NCBI GenBank assembly: GCA_046539225.1
Contig: JBKHHG010000016.1
Span: forward strand, 1 to 17,979
Origin: Candidatus Nanohaloarchaea archaeon
Lineage (GTDB): Archaea > Nanohalarchaeota > Nanosalinia > Nanosalinales > Nanosalinaceae
Direction of reading: 5' to 3'
Length of the DNA: 17,979 nt
Shown here: one piece after another, positions 16,393 to 17,979 of the stretch
How positions within the stretch are numbered: position 1 is the first letter of the stretch
Layout of the letters: each line of letters begins with the position of its first letter
Made by a program: the position numbers and the translations under genes
Notes under the pieces: generated by a model
The model's database searches: none
Seen by the model: only the letters and a program-made list of their open reading frames with translations
Told to the model about the DNA's origin: nothing

Positions 16393-17154
16393 TTAAAGCG
16401 GGGTAAGTTCTTTGAACCTTGTCTTGAGTCTTTCGCCCACCCCTCTCTTAGGCGGTTCGTCGCCTTTTACCCTGTGGGCGACGTTCTCTATCTTTTTGGA
16501 TACTCTGGAGTCAGGCCTGTAGCTGACAACCGGTTCCCTGAGCGCGATGCCTTCCCTGACGTGTTTGTGGTCCGGCACCCTTCCGATTATTTCGGTTTCC
16601 ATCAGATCTTTGACGTCATCATCTGAAACCTCTGATTTTTCGCCTCTCACGCCGTTCAGCACAAGGCCTAAGACTTCTCTGTCAAGATGTTCCGCGATTT
16701 TCTTGGCGCCGAGACAGTTTGTGAGGGATGGAAGCTCCGGCTCCGATACGAGCAGGACTTCATCTGAGGCCTCGATGCTTGCCTGAACCTCGTCGTTTAT
16801 TCCCGCAGCAGAGTCAATAAGTACAAAGTCTTTGTCTCCGAGGAACTCGACCAGTGAGTGCTTCAGGTTTTCGGCGTTACCCTGGAAATCAAGTATGTTG
16901 GCTGGAAGTACTTCTACACCCTCGCTGTGTTTGGTGACTGCCTGGGTGATATAGGCCTCTCCCTGCAGTACGTCGTTCAGCGAGATTTCCTGGAAGCCGA
17001 GTCCCATGTGCTGGGATACGTTGGCTCCGGAGAAGTTTCCATCGATTATAAGCACTTCGTGTCCCTGCTGTGCAAGGGATGTTCCTATGTTGACCGACAT
17101 TGTTGTCTTTCCTACGCCTCCCTTGCCGGATATGACTGAGATAACTCTGGTCAT
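16393..17154 (-). CDS. minD: MinD/ParA-family ATPase (second paralog)
   Basis: Deviant Walker A SGKGGVGKTT, LIDSAAG, VLN, C-terminal basic helix. The ATG is at 17154; the track's 17157 start is a TTG one codon earlier. Confidence 0.85.
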   Translation of the reverse strand: MTRVISVISGKGGVGKTTMSVNIGTSLAQQGHEVLIIDGNFSGANVSQHMGLGFQEISLNDVLQGEAYITQAVTKHSEGVEVLPANILDFQGNAENLKHSLVEFLGDKDFVLIDSAAGINDEVQASIEASDEVLLVSEPELPSLTNCLGAKKIAEHLDREVLGLVLNGVRGEKSEVSDDDVKDLMETEIIGRVPDHKHVREGIALREPVVSYRPDSRVSKKIENVAHRVKGDEPPKRGVGERLKTRFKELTPL

Positions 17155-17189
17155 CAAGTTAAAGTTCCCGGTACAGGAATAAAAAGGTT

Positions 17190-17957
17190 CTACCTGAACT
17201 TCGAGACAATCCTGTCCAGAAAACCGTTCTCGCCAAGGTCCGGCTCGTATTCAAGTCCATGCACGTCTGCGGCTATCTTCTTGAAACGCTCCGAGACATG
17301 GTGATCCGGCGCGTGGTGGACAACCGGTTTCTTGGCCGCGAGGGCCTCCTGCATCTTTTCATGGTGCGGAACCTCCATCAAGACCTCATACCCTATCATC
17401 GACTCAACCTCCTCAGTACTTAACTCAGAGTCATGGCCTTTGACCATGTTCAATACCACCCCTGTAACTTCAGTACCGGCCTCTTCAGCAATATTGACAG
17501 TCTTCAACGCATCGGTCACAGCAGGAAGATTCGGGTTAGTCACGACCATGACCTCGTCCGAGGCCTCAATCGCATTTATAGATTCGTTTCCAAGGCCTGC
17601 AGCGGAGTCAATCAGTACAAAGTCGGGTTCGCCTACAGCGTCAAGCAACACATCAGAAAGGTTTTCAGGACTGGTATCCTTCAAGTCCTCGACAGATAGA
17701 CCCGCGGGAACAACTCGAAGCCCTGAATCATGGATGTACATCGCTTCAGTAATATGCGCATCGCCCTTTAAAACATCGTGAAGAGTCTTTGGATAAAGCG
17801 GGATTCCTATATGAAATCCAAGGTTTGGATTGGTAAGGTTAGCGTCCAGTACGACCGTATCAGCTCCGAAATGCGTCAAAGCTGCTCCAAGGTTTGATGT
17901 AACCGTCGTTTTCCCTACTCCTCCTTTACCACTGCTCACACATACCAGACGGGTCAT
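17190..17957 (-). CDS. minD: MinD-family ATPase (first paralog)
   Basis: SSGKGGVGKTT, DANLTNPNL, LIDSAAGLG, TNPNLPAVTDA, and a C-terminal amphipathic membrane-targeting helix GFLDRIVSKFR. Confidence 0.9.
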   Translation of the reverse strand: MTRLVCVSSGKGGVGKTTVTSNLGAALTHFGADTVVLDANLTNPNLGFHIGIPLYPKTLHDVLKGDAHITEAMYIHDSGLRVVPAGLSVEDLKDTSPENLSDVLLDAVGEPDFVLIDSAAGLGNESINAIEASDEVMVVTNPNLPAVTDALKTVNIAEEAGTEVTGVVLNMVKGHDSELSTEEVESMIGYEVLMEVPHHEKMQEALAAKKPVVHHAPDHHVSERFKKIAADVHGLEYEPDLGENGFLDRIVSKFR

Positions 17958-17979
17958 CGTATCAACGAATTAGATTACA

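Larger units (their letters stand above)
362..17598. repeat. Dispersed, highly iterated palindromic hexamer AGGCCT
   Basis: Manual tally of about 83 copies, e.g. 362, 502, 2500, 2533, 2673, 2733, 2942, 3192, 6676, 8620, 8640, 12038, 12104, 12147, 17561, 17593. About 4 are expected from 17979/4096. Confidence 0.9.

Noticed and set aside
362..17598. AGGCCT copies as a CRISPR array, REP/MITE family or cloning artefact
   Set aside because: Spacing is irregular, flanks are not conserved beyond 6 bp, and all sites sit within intact reading frames or a native spacer, so this is dispersed motif enrichment.

Overview
A gene-dense archaeal housekeeping window. Glu/Asp-rich proteins, roughly 48% GC by eye, TATA-like boxes about 25-30 nt before start codons and overlapping genes suggest a DPANN nanohaloarchaeon (inference). 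It holds an alpha-glucan/glycogen and glycolysis cluster: class II GAPDH, two full GT4 glycosyltransferases, a GT4 half-protein, GH57, PGI, a GT3 (eukaryote-type) glycogen synthase, a GDE-type amylo-alpha-1,6-glucosidase, TPI, an ADP-dependent sugar kinase and PGM/PMM. It is flanked by nnrD (partial, missing from the ORF track) and two tandem MinD-like ATPases. The strongest unexplained signal is non-genic. The palindrome AGGCCT occurs about 83 times by manual tally versus about 4 expected, in all three codon frames and once between genes, like a highly iterated palindrome (HIP). It is absent from a 2-kb stretch covering gap and a small basic kinase-like gene. Other leads are a GT4 lacking its whole donor-binding domain, a hidden 77-aa GTG-start gene sharing a TATA box with GH57, and operator-like palindromes at the glycogen synthase and gap promoters. 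I saw no RNA genes, CRISPR arrays or mobile elements.
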